Source: a virus
Taxonomy: Duplodnaviria; Heunggongvirae; Uroviricota; Caudoviricetes
IMG/VR virus record: IMGVR_UViG_2721755643_000006
Coordinates: 1 to 49,995 of that record
DNA length: 49,995 bases
Direction: 5' to 3' (one strand)
Below the pieces are notes generated by a model. That model saw nothing but the letters and a program-made list of their open reading frames with translations, had not been told where the DNA came from and ran no database searches. Position numbers and translations under genes: made by a program. This document shows positions 19,170 to 28,303 of the stretch, in pieces (within the stretch, counting starts at the first letter, position 1; every line of letters starts with the position of its first letter).

Positions 19170-20751
19170 GTGATGTTGTCTCCTCTTCCGGCCTGCGACT
19201 CTCCGCTATCTGCTGCTGATACGCCTGGGCTATCCACACCGGACGTGAGAGTCCGGCTTTTTCGCGCTCTGCGGATTCCCTGACCTGCTGGCGGAAAATG
19301 TCCTGATAATCTTCGCCCATCAGTGCCAGTTCTTTCTCATACGTGCTCAGTCCGGCCTCAATGCGCATCACCGATTCCTGGACCTCCTTGAGCCCGTCAA
19401 TGGCCATTCTTCCGGAGCCAATCCACTCTGCCCGTGACCAGGCTGAACGCGCCTGGTAAAAATCAAAACGCGCCCGTGGCGGACGAATAATCCCCCGAAG
19501 AAGCGCCTCTTCCAGCCAGCAGGAAAACATCTGCGTGGCCAGCCGGGCCGCAATAAATTTTCGCCGCCCCATAAAATAGCGCCACGACTCATTGGCGGAG
19601 GCGCGGGCACTTGAGTAACTGACCTTCGAGTAATCACGGGACAACTGTTCGTAGGAAACGCCAAGACCGGCTGCAATATACCGCAGCAGCGCCTGTTCAA
19701 GCGCCGAAAATCCATTGTCTGAATCCTGCGCTGTCTGCAGGTTCAGCGCATCGCCAGGAAAAAGGTGCGGAATTTTAACACCGCCCAGCGTCACGTTATT
19801 CGTGTCATACCAGCGGGTGAACTTCTCCAGAATATTAATAAGCGGATTATCCTGCTGACCTTGCGGTGCCCCCGCGATATATTCAAATGCCTTTTCGGTA
19901 TCAAGTTCACTTTCGATTGTGGCTGCATACATCGCCTTCACAATGGCCGACTGAAGCTGCGTGGCCTGCAGGGAGTCCAGCATCTTCATCCGCTCCATTA
20001 CGCTGTAAAACTGATTAGCCCCACGGGTCTGCCCGTCCTCCACCGGCTCAAAAATATGCAGCATGGCCGGACGCCCGGTGGGAAGCTCACGCGGGATCCG
20101 CTCCCAGCGTCCGGCACCAGAGAACGGAAAATCATCCTCACAGATATGGTACGCAATCGCCCGCCCATACCGATCGACCTCAACCCCGGCCCGCAGAAAG
20201 TGGTTCCCCATACCGTGTCCTGGCGTGTCCACCCGTTTCGGACTCACGGCTTTAAAACGCGTACGGAATAACTGCGTGGTTTCCGTATCCCAGACCGGCT
20301 GCACAAAGATTTCGCCGTTAAAGGCATGCACGCCCACCCCTTCACGGATAAATTCCGTAAACGTGCGTTTCCCTTCCACGTCGATCTCGCCAAACATTCC
20401 TTCTGCGTATTCCGACCAGGCTGCTTCCACCTCCCCGACAAAACTTTTTGCCGTGGTCTCCCGCATCCCCAGCCAACGCCAGTTCAGACGGTAGCTGATA
20501 AGAAACATGTGCCCGACGATATGATCCTTATGCAGGGCCACCGCATTAGCCGCGATACCGTTATTGCGCACCAGATCATCTGCCCGGGCATTCCCCAGAC
20601 GCAATGCAGGCAACAGGGCCGCATCGGCACTCTGCGCCGGTGGTAACCACTCTGCCATTTGCCCGCCAAATCCTGCGCCGCCTCCGTTGTAGCTGAGACT
20701 CTCACGAAGCGGAACGCCGTTCACATCAATCAGGACAGGCGTTCGTTTCAT
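19159..20751 (-). CDS. B: Portal protein B
   Basis: 530 aa colinear with lambda gpB (DDLVRNNG...NGEIFVQ..WDT...LFRT.F..VSPKR...FEPVEDGQTRGAN.FYSVME.MKMLD.LQ.TQLQSAIVKAMYAATIESELDT). Confidence 0.95.
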   Translation of the reverse strand: MKRTPVLIDVNGVPLRESLSYNGGGAGFGGQMAEWLPPAQSADAALLPALRLGNARADDLVRNNGIAANAVALHKDHIVGHMFLISYRLNWRWLGMRETTAKSFVGEVEAAWSEYAEGMFGEIDVEGKRTFTEFIREGVGVHAFNGEIFVQPVWDTETTQLFRTRFKAVSPKRVDTPGHGMGNHFLRAGVEVDRYGRAIAYHICEDDFPFSGAGRWERIPRELPTGRPAMLHIFEPVEDGQTRGANQFYSVMERMKMLDSLQATQLQSAIVKAMYAATIESELDTEKAFEYIAGAPQGQQDNPLINILEKFTRWYDTNNVTLGGVKIPHLFPGDALNLQTAQDSDNGFSALEQALLRYIAAGLGVSYEQLSRDYSKVSYSSARASANESWRYFMGRRKFIAARLATQMFSCWLEEALLRGIIRPPRARFDFYQARSAWSRAEWIGSGRMAIDGLKEVQESVMRIEAGLSTYEKELALMGEDYQDIFRQQVRESAEREKAGLSRPVWIAQAYQQQIAESRRPEEETTSRET

Positions 20752-20951
20752 AACCTCACTCCCAGCGGTCGGCGGCGTCGGGTCGTACCCAGAACCGACT
20801 CCGCATCGTTGATCGCACGGTTAAGCTCATTCAGGGACGCTGCCGTATATTCGATCCTGCGACCGTCTTTCTGTACCGACACAACCCGTTTACCGGTTAA
20901 TAAATCAAGGCGCGCCTGACGCAGCGCCTGCAGTTCAGCGACTGTAACCAT
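20748..20951 (-). CDS. W: Head-tail joining protein W
   Basis: 67 aa, position between A and B, lambda gpW-like. Confidence 0.85.
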   Translation of the reverse strand: MVTVAELQALRQARLDLLTGKRVVSVQKDGRRIEYTAASLNELNRAINDAESVLGTTRRRRPLGVRL

Positions 20952-22863
20952 TCACTCCTCCGGACAGCTTCGCTGCCAGTTCTTCAAGGGTCGGTTGTGC
21001 AGTTGCATCCTTGCGGGATGCCGCCAGCACAGCCAGATCAAGTTGCCAGCGTTGCACGGACACACGTAATGCCGCATAGGCATACACCAGGCAGTCCAGC
21101 GCTTCGTTACGCCGCTTTTTGTTATCCCACAACAGACGCATCTTTCCTTTTTCCCACTTTTCCACCAGTTCCTCCGCCACCAGTTGTTGTGCCTCTGTCT
21201 GCGAAAAAATCTCCGGATTATCAGGAAAGCGGATGGCATACGATGTGGCCTCATTCACAGGGGTGGGATCGGCCTTCATTCGGGCATAGAGAATTTCTTT
21301 TGCGGTATCCGTCCCCACCTCACACAGATACACACCCCGCTGATTACGGGTTTTCGGCATGGTGATAACTGGCTTGCCATAGACAGATGCGCCTTTCACC
21401 GGCAGCACCCGAAAAACACCGTGTTTTTTCGATCTCTGATAAACGATTTCGCCATCGATCCCCCCGATGTCCCAGCAGATACGGGAAATGGTCATTTCAG
21501 TTCCGTCTGCATGGCGGTATTTTTTGTTGATCGCCGCATCCACACGTAACAGCGTCTCTTCCTCATCAGGTCGTCCCATAATGATGATTTTATCCACCAG
21601 AAAGGCTTCCTCTCCCGGAGCCCATCCCCAGACATACATCTCAAAACGGTTTCGCTGCGAGTCAATACCAGCAGTCAGGTAAACCACCCGGACAGGCACC
21701 GCCGCCGGGTAATGCACAACCTTATCCATCAGCACCTGGTGATCGAGTTTTTCGCCCACGGCCTCTTCCCAGGTCTCCCCCAGTGTGGTGTTTACAAACG
21801 TCTTGACGCCGTTAGGATCCTTCAGTGCATCCAGCCAGTCATAAACAATCTGCGCCCAGGTAGTGAACGGGCTGTACGCCGTCCAGATGTGGAAAGTGAC
21901 AGAACGTGGCGGGGGTATCTCCTCATCACCGACGCTGTAAAATGTCAGGCCGTCACGCGTCCACATCCCGGTATTGTCACAAATCCAGCGCCCCCCGGTC
22001 TGATCAAGTTCAGACTGACGGATCACGCAACCATTATGTTCACACAGGTAATACACCGTTTCCGGTTTGCCTTTCTCCCATTTCAGGCCAAACGGCGTCG
22101 CATCATCGCCAAATTTCAGATACTGCTCCTCCCCGCAATGAGGGCAAGGAACATAAAACCGCATGAAATGTGCAGATTCATTCGCGGCTTTTTCAATCTG
22201 GCAGGAGCCTTTGATTTTTGGCGTTGAACCGCGTATGGATTTTGGCCATACCGAACCTTCAATACGTTTATCGCCAAGCAGTGTTGGCGAACCTTCTTTT
22301 TCCACATCCGGTTCAAACGAGGAGAGTTCGTCATAGCAGACCACATCGACAGATTTTTCACGGTAGTTTTTGGCAGCAGCACCACCCAAACACCAGAACC
22401 CCACACCAGAGGAAAAACGCTTCAGTGTGAGCGTATTATCCCGGTGTTTCCGGCCCAGCCAGGGAGAAAGTTTTTTCAGGCAAGGAACATCACGAATTGT
22501 TGCTTCCACGTGAGACTTCATAAAATCTTCAGCAGCTGAGTCCGTCGGCTGAAAAAGAAGAGTGTTGCGGGATTTGTGCTCAATAAAATACCCGATCACA
22601 CCAAGCACCATTTTTGTATAACCAACACGGGCAGATTTAATCAGGTTAACTGTACGAATCTCGTCATTGCCCATGCAGTTCATGATGGCGACCTGAAACG
22701 GCAGCGTTTTCCATTCCCCCTCACCGTATGACGATTCTTTAGGCAGGTAATAATTTTGATCGGCCCATTCTACAGCCGTCACCGGCAATACCCTGACCAG
22801 TGGCTGCAGTGCGATAGTGACTGCCACCATCATATTACTCAGTTGTTGTTCTGATATATTCAT
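20935..22863 (-). CDS. A: Terminase large subunit A
   Basis: From MNISEQQ the product is colinear with lambda gpA (TAVEWAD.NYYLPKES...FMRF.V.CPHCGEEQYLKFGD...FVNTTLGETWE...ICWDIGGID...EALDCLVYAYAALR). Confidence 0.95.
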   Translation of the reverse strand: MNISEQQLSNMMVAVTIALQPLVRVLPVTAVEWADQNYYLPKESSYGEGEWKTLPFQVAIMNCMGNDEIRTVNLIKSARVGYTKMVLGVIGYFIEHKSRNTLLFQPTDSAAEDFMKSHVEATIRDVPCLKKLSPWLGRKHRDNTLTLKRFSSGVGFWCLGGAAAKNYREKSVDVVCYDELSSFEPDVEKEGSPTLLGDKRIEGSVWPKSIRGSTPKIKGSCQIEKAANESAHFMRFYVPCPHCGEEQYLKFGDDATPFGLKWEKGKPETVYYLCEHNGCVIRQSELDQTGGRWICDNTGMWTRDGLTFYSVGDEEIPPPRSVTFHIWTAYSPFTTWAQIVYDWLDALKDPNGVKTFVNTTLGETWEEAVGEKLDHQVLMDKVVHYPAAVPVRVVYLTAGIDSQRNRFEMYVWGWAPGEEAFLVDKIIIMGRPDEEETLLRVDAAINKKYRHADGTEMTISRICWDIGGIDGEIVYQRSKKHGVFRVLPVKGASVYGKPVITMPKTRNQRGVYLCEVGTDTAKEILYARMKADPTPVNEATSYAIRFPDNPEIFSQTEAQQLVAEELVEKWEKGKMRLLWDNKKRRNEALDCLVYAYAALRVSVQRWQLDLAVLAASRKDATAQPTLEELAAKLSGGVNGYSR

Positions 22864-23344
22864 CGAGTAAATCCGGTAATTTATCCCCCGCACGCGCGCA
22901 CTGATTCGCTCCCTTAGCAATAAGGATTTTCAGATGATCAATATGACGCGGCGTTAAATCCGGGAACTGTCGTTGCATGGACAAAGGAATGGAGTCAAGC
23001 GTACTGGATAAAGCCATCGCCAGCTTACTAAGGGCAAAAATACAAAATCCGCTATCAATAAGATTTCCTTTTGACACCTGATTTTTTAACTGCTGTGCGA
23101 CAGCCTGTTCTGCGGTCAGTTCCCATCTCGCAATGAGTAGTTTCTCTTCATAATCCTCTTCCGGATCACCATCAGGCACATCGTTTTTACTTCTTCTCAG
23201 ATACGATATGTAAAAATCACGCCAGGCATCCAGATCCAGTTGTCCTCGCTTGTTCGAAACCGGGGCACCCGGCAGTTTCTGTAATCTGCGAAGCTGGCGA
23301 TCGGTCAGACTCAAATGCCTGGCAACTTCAGTCTGAGTAGCCAC
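22835..23344 (-). CDS. Nu1: Terminase small subunit Nu1
   Basis: N-terminal winged-HTH (EVARHLSLTDRQLRRL) and C-terminal similarity to lambda Nu1 (GFCIFALSKLA...LDSIPLSMQRQFPDL..RHIDHLK); GTG start with GAGGTG 5 nt upstream; overlaps A start. Confidence 0.8.
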   Translation of the reverse strand: MATQTEVARHLSLTDRQLRRLQKLPGAPVSNKRGQLDLDAWRDFYISYLRRSKNDVPDGDPEEDYEEKLLIARWELTAEQAVAQQLKNQVSKGNLIDSGFCIFALSKLAMALSSTLDSIPLSMQRQFPDLTPRHIDHLKILIAKGANQCARAGDKLPDLLDEYIRTTTE

Positions 23345-23414
23345 TGTTCACCTCGCCAAAAAATCTCCCCTCATGCGTTTTAAACATGCATCTTGCGAAC
23401 AACTTTATGAAACG

Positions 23415-23575
23415 CGGCATATATGTCCGGTTTGAGTGTTCAATTTTTGCGCATGTCCGGTTCGCAGAAAGCACATTTCTATATTTTTCAAATGGTTAAC
23501 CTTCAGAGAAACCGGACATGGTTTCCGAAAAATTTTCATAAATAGTGAAATTCTGCGCCGCTCCCGCCCCGTGGC
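23415..23575 (-). other. cos region: cosN-like end plus cosB-like segment with three CCGGACAT-type repeats
   Basis: Minus-strand sequence GGGGCGGGAGCGG-CGCAGAATTT-CACTATTTATGAAAATTTTT closely parallels the lambda left end (GGGCGGCGACCT-CGCGGGTTTT-CGCTATTTATGAAAATTTTCC), ~215 bp upstream of Nu1; repeats containing CCGGACAT at ~23426, ~23455, ~23511. Confidence 0.55.
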
Positions 23576-23705
23576 AGGCCACCCCACCGGGAGGACCCGT
23601 CAGCCTGACAGCCATGACGAACGTCTGATACAGCGCCCTGCATGAATGACATCGGGATAATCCAGAAAGGAATAGCATCGTACCCACAAGAATCAGTGTA
23701 AGTGT

Positions 23706-23882
23706 CCTGTTTCTTCCACCCCCGCACAGGACTGGCGAGCATGAGGGACAAACCCGCGAACCATAAACGCGGTAAAAACCCGGTGTGCATCGTTTTTGAT
23801 TATTCCCGCACACTCGCGCAGAAGGAGTTCCCCGTCGGGCTACGGTCATGGTTAATGCGGGAATACAGCGACGATACAGCGC
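23706..23882. repeat. 177-bp direct repeat, copy 1 (between cos and the IS)
   Basis: Near-identical to 26408-26584 by direct alignment, only a handful of mismatches. Confidence 0.85.
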
Positions 23883-24069
23883 ATGATGTGTCAGGCCTGA
23901 ATACCTTTATCCGTTAAAAGGGATATCAGTTAAGTTATCCCGTGTAGGGTATAAGCCATTATCAAAGCCACTCAGTAGCGAATGGCTTTTGTAATGGGCT
24001 ATTTAATTAGGCTGTGTCCCTTAATCATCTGAGCTATAGTAACTGTCTGTTTACACAACATATTGAACT

Positions 24070-24519
24070 ATGGCTCGCTACGACCTTCCCGATGAGGCAT
24101 GGACCATCATCAAGCCCCTGTTACCTCCTGAACCCGCCACACCACGGGCCGGACGCCCATGGGCTGAGCACCGTAAAATCATCAATGGCATGTTCTGGGT
24201 GTTATGTTCCGGTGCACCATGGCGCGATTTACCCGAACGATATGGGTCATGGAAAACTGTTTATAACCGCTTTAACCGATGGTCAAAGTCAGGCGTGATT
24301 AATATTATTTTCAACAGGTTGCTTTCGCTACTTGATGCAAACGGCTTTATTGACTGGTCTGCCACCGCGCTGGATGGCAGTAATATCCGGGCGCTGAAAT
24401 GTGCCGCCGGTGCTCAAAAAAACATCCCGATATCGACGGAGATAATGGGCTGGGTCGCTCTCGCGGCGGTTTTGGCACCAAAATCCATCTGGCAACAGAC
24501 GGAAGTGGCCTCCCGTTAA
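24070..24519 (+). CDS. IS transposase OrfA (DUF4096-type N-terminal domain)
   Basis: MARYDLPDEAWTIIKPLLPP...RPWAEHRKIINGMFWVLCSGAPWRDLPERYGSWKTVYNRFNRWSKSGV is the characteristic N-terminal domain of IS5-family transposases. Confidence 0.8.
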   Translation: MARYDLPDEAWTIIKPLLPPEPATPRAGRPWAEHRKIINGMFWVLCSGAPWRDLPERYGSWKTVYNRFNRWSKSGVINIIFNRLLSLLDANGFIDWSATALDGSNIRALKCAAGAQKNIPISTEIMGWVALAAVLAPKSIWQQTEVASR

Positions 24520-24914
24520 ATATCGTGCTAAGCCCCGGACAAGCTCATGAAAGCCAGTTCGCGCAACGACTTCTGGACGGGATTGGCGTTCAGCGTCAGA
24601 ACGGCAGCATGAAACGCCGTGGACATGCGGTACTGGCTGATAAAGCGTATTCAGGGCGCGCATTGCGCAACGAGCTGAAAAATAACGGTATAAAGGCAGT
24701 AATCCCCCGAAAGTCAAATGAGAAAATGGCATCGGATGGACGTGCACAGCTTGATCGTGATGCGTACCGCAATCGTAATGTCGTTGAACGGTGCTTTGGG
24801 CGGCTGAAAGAATATCGCCGCATCGCCACGCGTTACGACAAAACGGCGAGAAATTACCTGGCGATGGTGAAACTGGGCTGCATCCGACTCTTTTATCAAC
24901 GCTTACGTAATTAA
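24399..24914 (+). CDS. IS transposase OrfB (DDE domain), expressed by -1 frameshift fusion
   Basis: DDE-type C-terminal domain ORF overlapping orfA; fusion predicted at the A7 slippery run. Confidence 0.75.
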   Translation: MCRRCSKKHPDIDGDNGLGRSRGGFGTKIHLATDGSGLPLNIVLSPGQAHESQFAQRLLDGIGVQRQNGSMKRRGHAVLADKAYSGRALRNELKNNGIKAVIPRKSNEKMASDGRAQLDRDAYRNRNVVERCFGRLKEYRRIATRYDKTARNYLAMVKLGCIRLFYQRLRN

Positions 24915-25366
24915 GGGACACAGCCTAGTGATGCTGCGTATTCGATTAGATATAACTTAGGTGCCAGCCAGATTTTTAACCATGTCATATTGGCTACTAT
25001 AGAAATAATAAAACTTAACCATAGAATAAAAACTGCTACTAATGGTAAGACAAAAGCACTTAACCTACCGTCACTTTCCCAAATCATAGTCGGTTTGTAT
25101 TTAGGCTGTCCATTATCACATGAGCGTCCGTCATTATCGAACTTACCAATTTCAACTTTTTTGCACTGTTTCTTCATAAACCAAATAACCAGCGGGATTG
25201 TTGAAATGGCTATTAATGTTTTAATCAGGCTATCAACTATATTCCATACCAGCAACTGATGAACAACATCCGGAATCTGAGCCTGACTGAATGCAATGGC
25301 GGAATCAATTCCATCGCTGGCATTGTTCAATAAATCAACAAGAATTTTCTTTGCTTCTTCTTGCAT
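24911..25366 (-). CDS. Small membrane protein with two predicted TM helices; 3' end altered by the IS insertion
   Basis: 151-aa ORF with hydrophobic stretches LIKTLIAISTIPLVIWFM and LSAFVLPLVAVFILWLSFIISIVANM; AGGA 8 nt upstream of ATG; last codons and stop lie inside the IS right inverted repeat; AT-rich. Confidence 0.6.
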   Translation of the reverse strand: MQEEAKKILVDLLNNASDGIDSAIAFSQAQIPDVVHQLLVWNIVDSLIKTLIAISTIPLVIWFMKKQCKKVEIGKFDNDGRSCDNGQPKYKPTMIWESDGRLSAFVLPLVAVFILWLSFIISIVANMTWLKIWLAPKLYLIEYAASLGCVP

Positions 25367-25489
25367 GTATATATCCTGTAAGTTGTAAGCCTGTTCGAAA
25401 AAATAAACAACTACGAGAGACAGAAAAAAATATCTCAGGCTCTCTTTCTATAAGCTTTTAGTTGAGGATGTTCTGCAAAACAAAACTGG

Positions 25490-26350
25490 TTAGTTATGTA
25501 ACTGCTTCTGGAATACAACAGCCGACGTGCTACAACGTAAAATTCGTTTGATTGTGGCAGTTGAGGAAACAGACTTGCATTTCTCAATATCATCAATGAT
25601 GACCACATCCGGTACAGGCATGATGCGGGTATGCAATGTTTTTGCACTAATAACATCACAGCCATTCAGTGGACGAATATCTGCATCTTCAGGCACTACC
25701 AGAAGCACACGTTTCTCCGTTGCAGAAAAGCCAGCAGCAAGAGTTCGCGACAATAAAGTCATTCCACTACGTGGCTTCATACAAATTTCAGAAATATGAT
25801 TTTTTTCGTCCAAATGATGCTGGCCATCATTTTTATCATCACTCAACAACTCTGCTGTTAATACAATCCCTGCTGTCTCAGATTTCCAGGAAATGCTGAT
25901 ATCCTGATCATCTGCATCAACATCATATTTCATCGAGTAAGGACTAAAGCAACGTCCAACGAACGCATCGTTTACCAGTACACGCCCACCCTGTCTGACC
26001 TGAAAGTCAACGCGCCCTGAAAGCTGATTTACTGTTACAAGCAATGCCTTTTTTCTTTTTGTTTTATTACTCATTGCCACAAACTGTTCAGCCATCTCTC
26101 TTGTCACACTACCAGAAACTCTTTCTTGAATTTTCACAGTAAATTTTCTGGATGTAGTAGCATCGACATTAAAAAATCTGGATGTCATTAGGCAGTTATT
26201 AACAATTGGCATCAGCTCACTTACAATTGTAACAAATTCCCGGTAAAGCTCATTTTGCTTTTCAGCACACAGTTTTCCGCAATCGGCCAGCTTAAGCTCA
26301 AGAGCAATTAATCGTTCCATTATTGAATTAATTTTTTGCAACTCTTTCAT
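25490..26350 (-). CDS. Hypothetical 286-aa soluble protein, first gene of cos-proximal cassette
   Basis: ATG at 26348-26350 preceded by AGGAGG with 5-nt spacing; N-terminal coiled-coil-like region; no family recognised; the longer ORF-track version (to 26650) reads through the 177-bp repeat and is an artefact. Confidence 0.65.
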   Translation of the reverse strand: MKELQKINSIMERLIALELKLADCGKLCAEKQNELYREFVTIVSELMPIVNNCLMTSRFFNVDATTSRKFTVKIQERVSGSVTREMAEQFVAMSNKTKRKKALLVTVNQLSGRVDFQVRQGGRVLVNDAFVGRCFSPYSMKYDVDADDQDISISWKSETAGIVLTAELLSDDKNDGQHHLDEKNHISEICMKPRSGMTLLSRTLAAGFSATEKRVLLVVPEDADIRPLNGCDVISAKTLHTRIMPVPDVVIIDDIEKCKSVSSTATIKRILRCSTSAVVFQKQLHN

Positions 26351-26407
26351 CAAAACCTCCTGACAAAGATACCGTGCGACCACGGTCGCACGCTCCTGAA
26401 TACATGC

Positions 26408-26584
26408 CCTGTTTCTTCCACCCTCGCACAGGACTAGCGAGCATGAGGGACAAACCCGCGAATCATTAGCGCGGTAAAAACCCGGTGTGCATCGTTTTTG
26501 ATTATTCCCGCACACTCGCGCAGAAGGAGTTCCCCGTCGGGCTACGGTCATAGTTAATGCGGAAATACGGCGACGATGCAGCGC
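26408..26584. repeat. 177-bp direct repeat, copy 2 (upstream of the cassette)
   Basis: Near-identical to 23706-23882; flanked by two copies of CGACCACG[G/A]TCGCAC (26380-26394, 26599-26613). Confidence 0.85.
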
Positions 26585-26631
26585 GGAATTTAGCGAGCGA
26601 CCACGATCGCACACGAGAAACAAAGAGATTT

Positions 26632-26943
26632 TTATACTGCAGAGGAACAAGCTGGCGGGTAATTCAGCGTAGTGAATACCGGCATCTCCATCTTGTATGC
26701 GTAATGATACTCAGCAGTTGCTCCAGCAGACGCTTTCCAGCCAGGAAGCATCAAAATAGCATCCGCACAACGAAGCATTGCAAAGCAAATATCCATGTAT
26801 TCACGTTGTGTCAGACCATTAGGCAAAGTGGCTGGATTCAAGACAGAGTGACCATGTCGTGACAAACGATCTGCCTCTTTATTAAAGGCGTCACGATTAA
26901 AGTTCTCATATCCCGTCATTGGCCCGGCAATATAAATTTTCAT
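26632..26943 (-). CDS. DUF4406-like protein (nucleoside 2-deoxyribosyltransferase-like fold)
   Basis: MKIYIAGPMTGYENFNRDAF...ADAILMLPGW resembles the phage-associated DUF4406 family; immediately downstream of Rz. Confidence 0.65.
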   Translation of the reverse strand: MKIYIAGPMTGYENFNRDAFNKEADRLSRHGHSVLNPATLPNGLTQREYMDICFAMLRCADAILMLPGWKASAGATAEYHYAYKMEMPVFTTLNYPPACSSAV

Positions 26944-26984
26944 TCACTATCCAACAAATTGAGTTCGTTTTTGATACAGAGGGA

Positions 26985-27452
26985 TTAATTCAGGCATTGC
27001 GTATTGATGTATTCCTGAAGCGTTCTCAGTGCTGTTTGGTCGCGGATAATTCCGTCCCGGATACCGAGAACGTTTCGTCCAGCAACTGAAGAGAGTTCGA
27101 CGGTGGCATCATTGCCCATGCCGGAGGCGCTGGAGGTTTTGGCTGAGGCTGGCACAGGGCATTTTCCTTTGACGAGCACCCGACCACCATTATCAAGCTT
27201 GCGCCGAAGAGCATCATTTTCAGCTTTCGCATCAGCTAACTCCTTCGTGTATTTAGCATCGAGTGCATCAACAGAACGCTGGCGCTGCTGCATGTCAGTA
27301 ATGGTTGCGTTCGCCAGCTTCAGTTCTCTTGCGTTTTTGTCGCGCTGCTCTTTGTAGGTAATGGCGTTATCACGGTAATGATTAACAGCCCATGACAGGC
27401 AGACGATGATGCAGATAACCAGAGCGGAGATAATCGCGGTGACTCTGCTCAT
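26985..27452 (-). CDS. Rz: Spanin inner-membrane subunit Rz
   Basis: [53 protein letters not shown]...[19 protein letters not shown] matches lambda Rz. Confidence 0.92.
   Translation of the reverse strand: MSRVTAIISALVICIIVCLSWAVNHYRDNAITYKEQRDKNARELKLANATITDMQQRQRSVDALDAKYTKELADAKAENDALRRKLDNGGRVLVKGKCPVPASAKTSSASGMGNDATVELSSVAGRNVLGIRDGIIRDQTALRTLQEYINTQCLN
27026..27232 (-). CDS. Rz1: Spanin outer-membrane lipoprotein Rz1, embedded in Rz in the +1 frame
   Basis: [21 protein letters not shown] (lipobox) followed by Pro-rich [16 protein letters not shown], as in lambda Rz1. Confidence 0.75.
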   Translation of the reverse strand: MRKLKMMLFGASLIMVVGCSSKENALCQPQPKPPAPPAWAMMPPSNSLQLLDETFSVSGTELSATKQH

Positions 27453-27982
27453 TGATCTATCCCCCAACAGGCTAATGCGCTTTCCTGGTCACGACGAATA
27501 ACCTGTCCATAGCAGTTATTTGAACGTATGCGGCAATCGCGCCCAACATCTTTTATCCACCAGCGAATCGCCTCGCATGCGCCCTTACGATCACCGGCAT
27601 TCAGCCGCTTATAAAACGTCGACGGGAAACACTTACCGGGGCCAATGTTATAGGGGCAAAATGACGCTATACCCGCTTTTTGTGGTTCGGTCAGTGGTAC
27701 TTTAATATTGCGCTCCACCCATGCCAGCGCCTTATCACGTTCAATGGCGTTAACCTGGTCGCATTTTTCCTTCGACAGTTTCATACCGGGAAAAACGGGT
27801 TTACCATCCACCATCGTGGCACCCCGACAGATGGTCCAGATGCCGGAACCATCGCGGTATGCCGTAGTGTGGTTACCTTCTTTTTCATCCAGAAACTGGT
27901 CGAGAATATCAGGCGCAGGCGCACCGATAGCAATCAGTGCCAGAACGGCAGCCGACAGGCCATATCTGATTTTTACGTTCAT
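27449..27982 (-). CDS. R: Endolysin R, T4-lysozyme-like with N-terminal SAR/signal-anchor segment (phage 21 R-type)
   Basis: Hydrophobic N-terminus then lysozyme-like region ([20 protein letters not shown]); stop overlaps Rz start. Confidence 0.88.
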   Translation of the reverse strand: MNVKIRYGLSAAVLALIAIGAPAPDILDQFLDEKEGNHTTAYRDGSGIWTICRGATMVDGKPVFPGMKLSKEKCDQVNAIERDKALAWVERNIKVPLTEPQKAGIASFCPYNIGPGKCFPSTFYKRLNAGDRKGACEAIRWWIKDVGRDCRIRSNNCYGQVIRRDQESALACWGIDQ

Positions 27983-28303
27983 GGATATTTATCAGGATTT
28001 ATCGGCTTCAAATCCCCGGATATGTTAAATCTTACCTCGCCAGTGATGGGCACTGGCGGGAGGAGGATGTCAATCTGATAAACACAGAGGTGACTACGGA
28101 TTACACAAATCTACCAAAACAAACTTTTGCTGATTTAATCGCACTCAGGCAAGCAGTCGTAGCTCTAATCAACTTGTTGCCGGAGAAGGAAAAGGAATTA
28201 GTTAAAGCGCTTCTTAACAGAACTGCCGCCGATTTTTCATCATATCCACTGACAGATGACCTTGCGGACCTTCCTGAATTAATTGCAGCGTCCGCCATTA
28301 AGC

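Larger units (their letters stand above)
24008..24927 (+). mobile_element. IS5-family insertion sequence (~920 bp, two overlapping transposase ORFs)
   Basis: 18-bp terminal inverted repeats TAGGCTGTGTCCCTTAAT (24008-24025) and ATTAAGGGACACAGCCTA (24910-24927); orfB is in the -1 frame relative to orfA with an A7 run at 24418-24424; TA at both junctions. Confidence 0.8.

Noticed and set aside
23496-23849. 117-aa ORF MTVARRGTPSARVCGNNQKRCTPGFYR... and the identical N-terminal 60 aa of ORF 25490-26650
   Set aside because: Both arise from reading through the 177-bp direct repeat; Cys/Arg-rich junk translation with no start signals. The true start of the 25490 gene is the internal ATG at 26350 with AGGAGG.
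24328-24921. 197-aa minus-strand ORF inside the IS element
   Set aside because: Antisense to the transposase orfA/orfB frames.
26350-26650. N-terminal 100 aa of the ORF-track protein 25490-26650 as real coding sequence
   Set aside because: Runs through the 177-bp repeat and the palindromic operator-like sequence; the internal ATG at 26350 has a far better ribosome-binding site.
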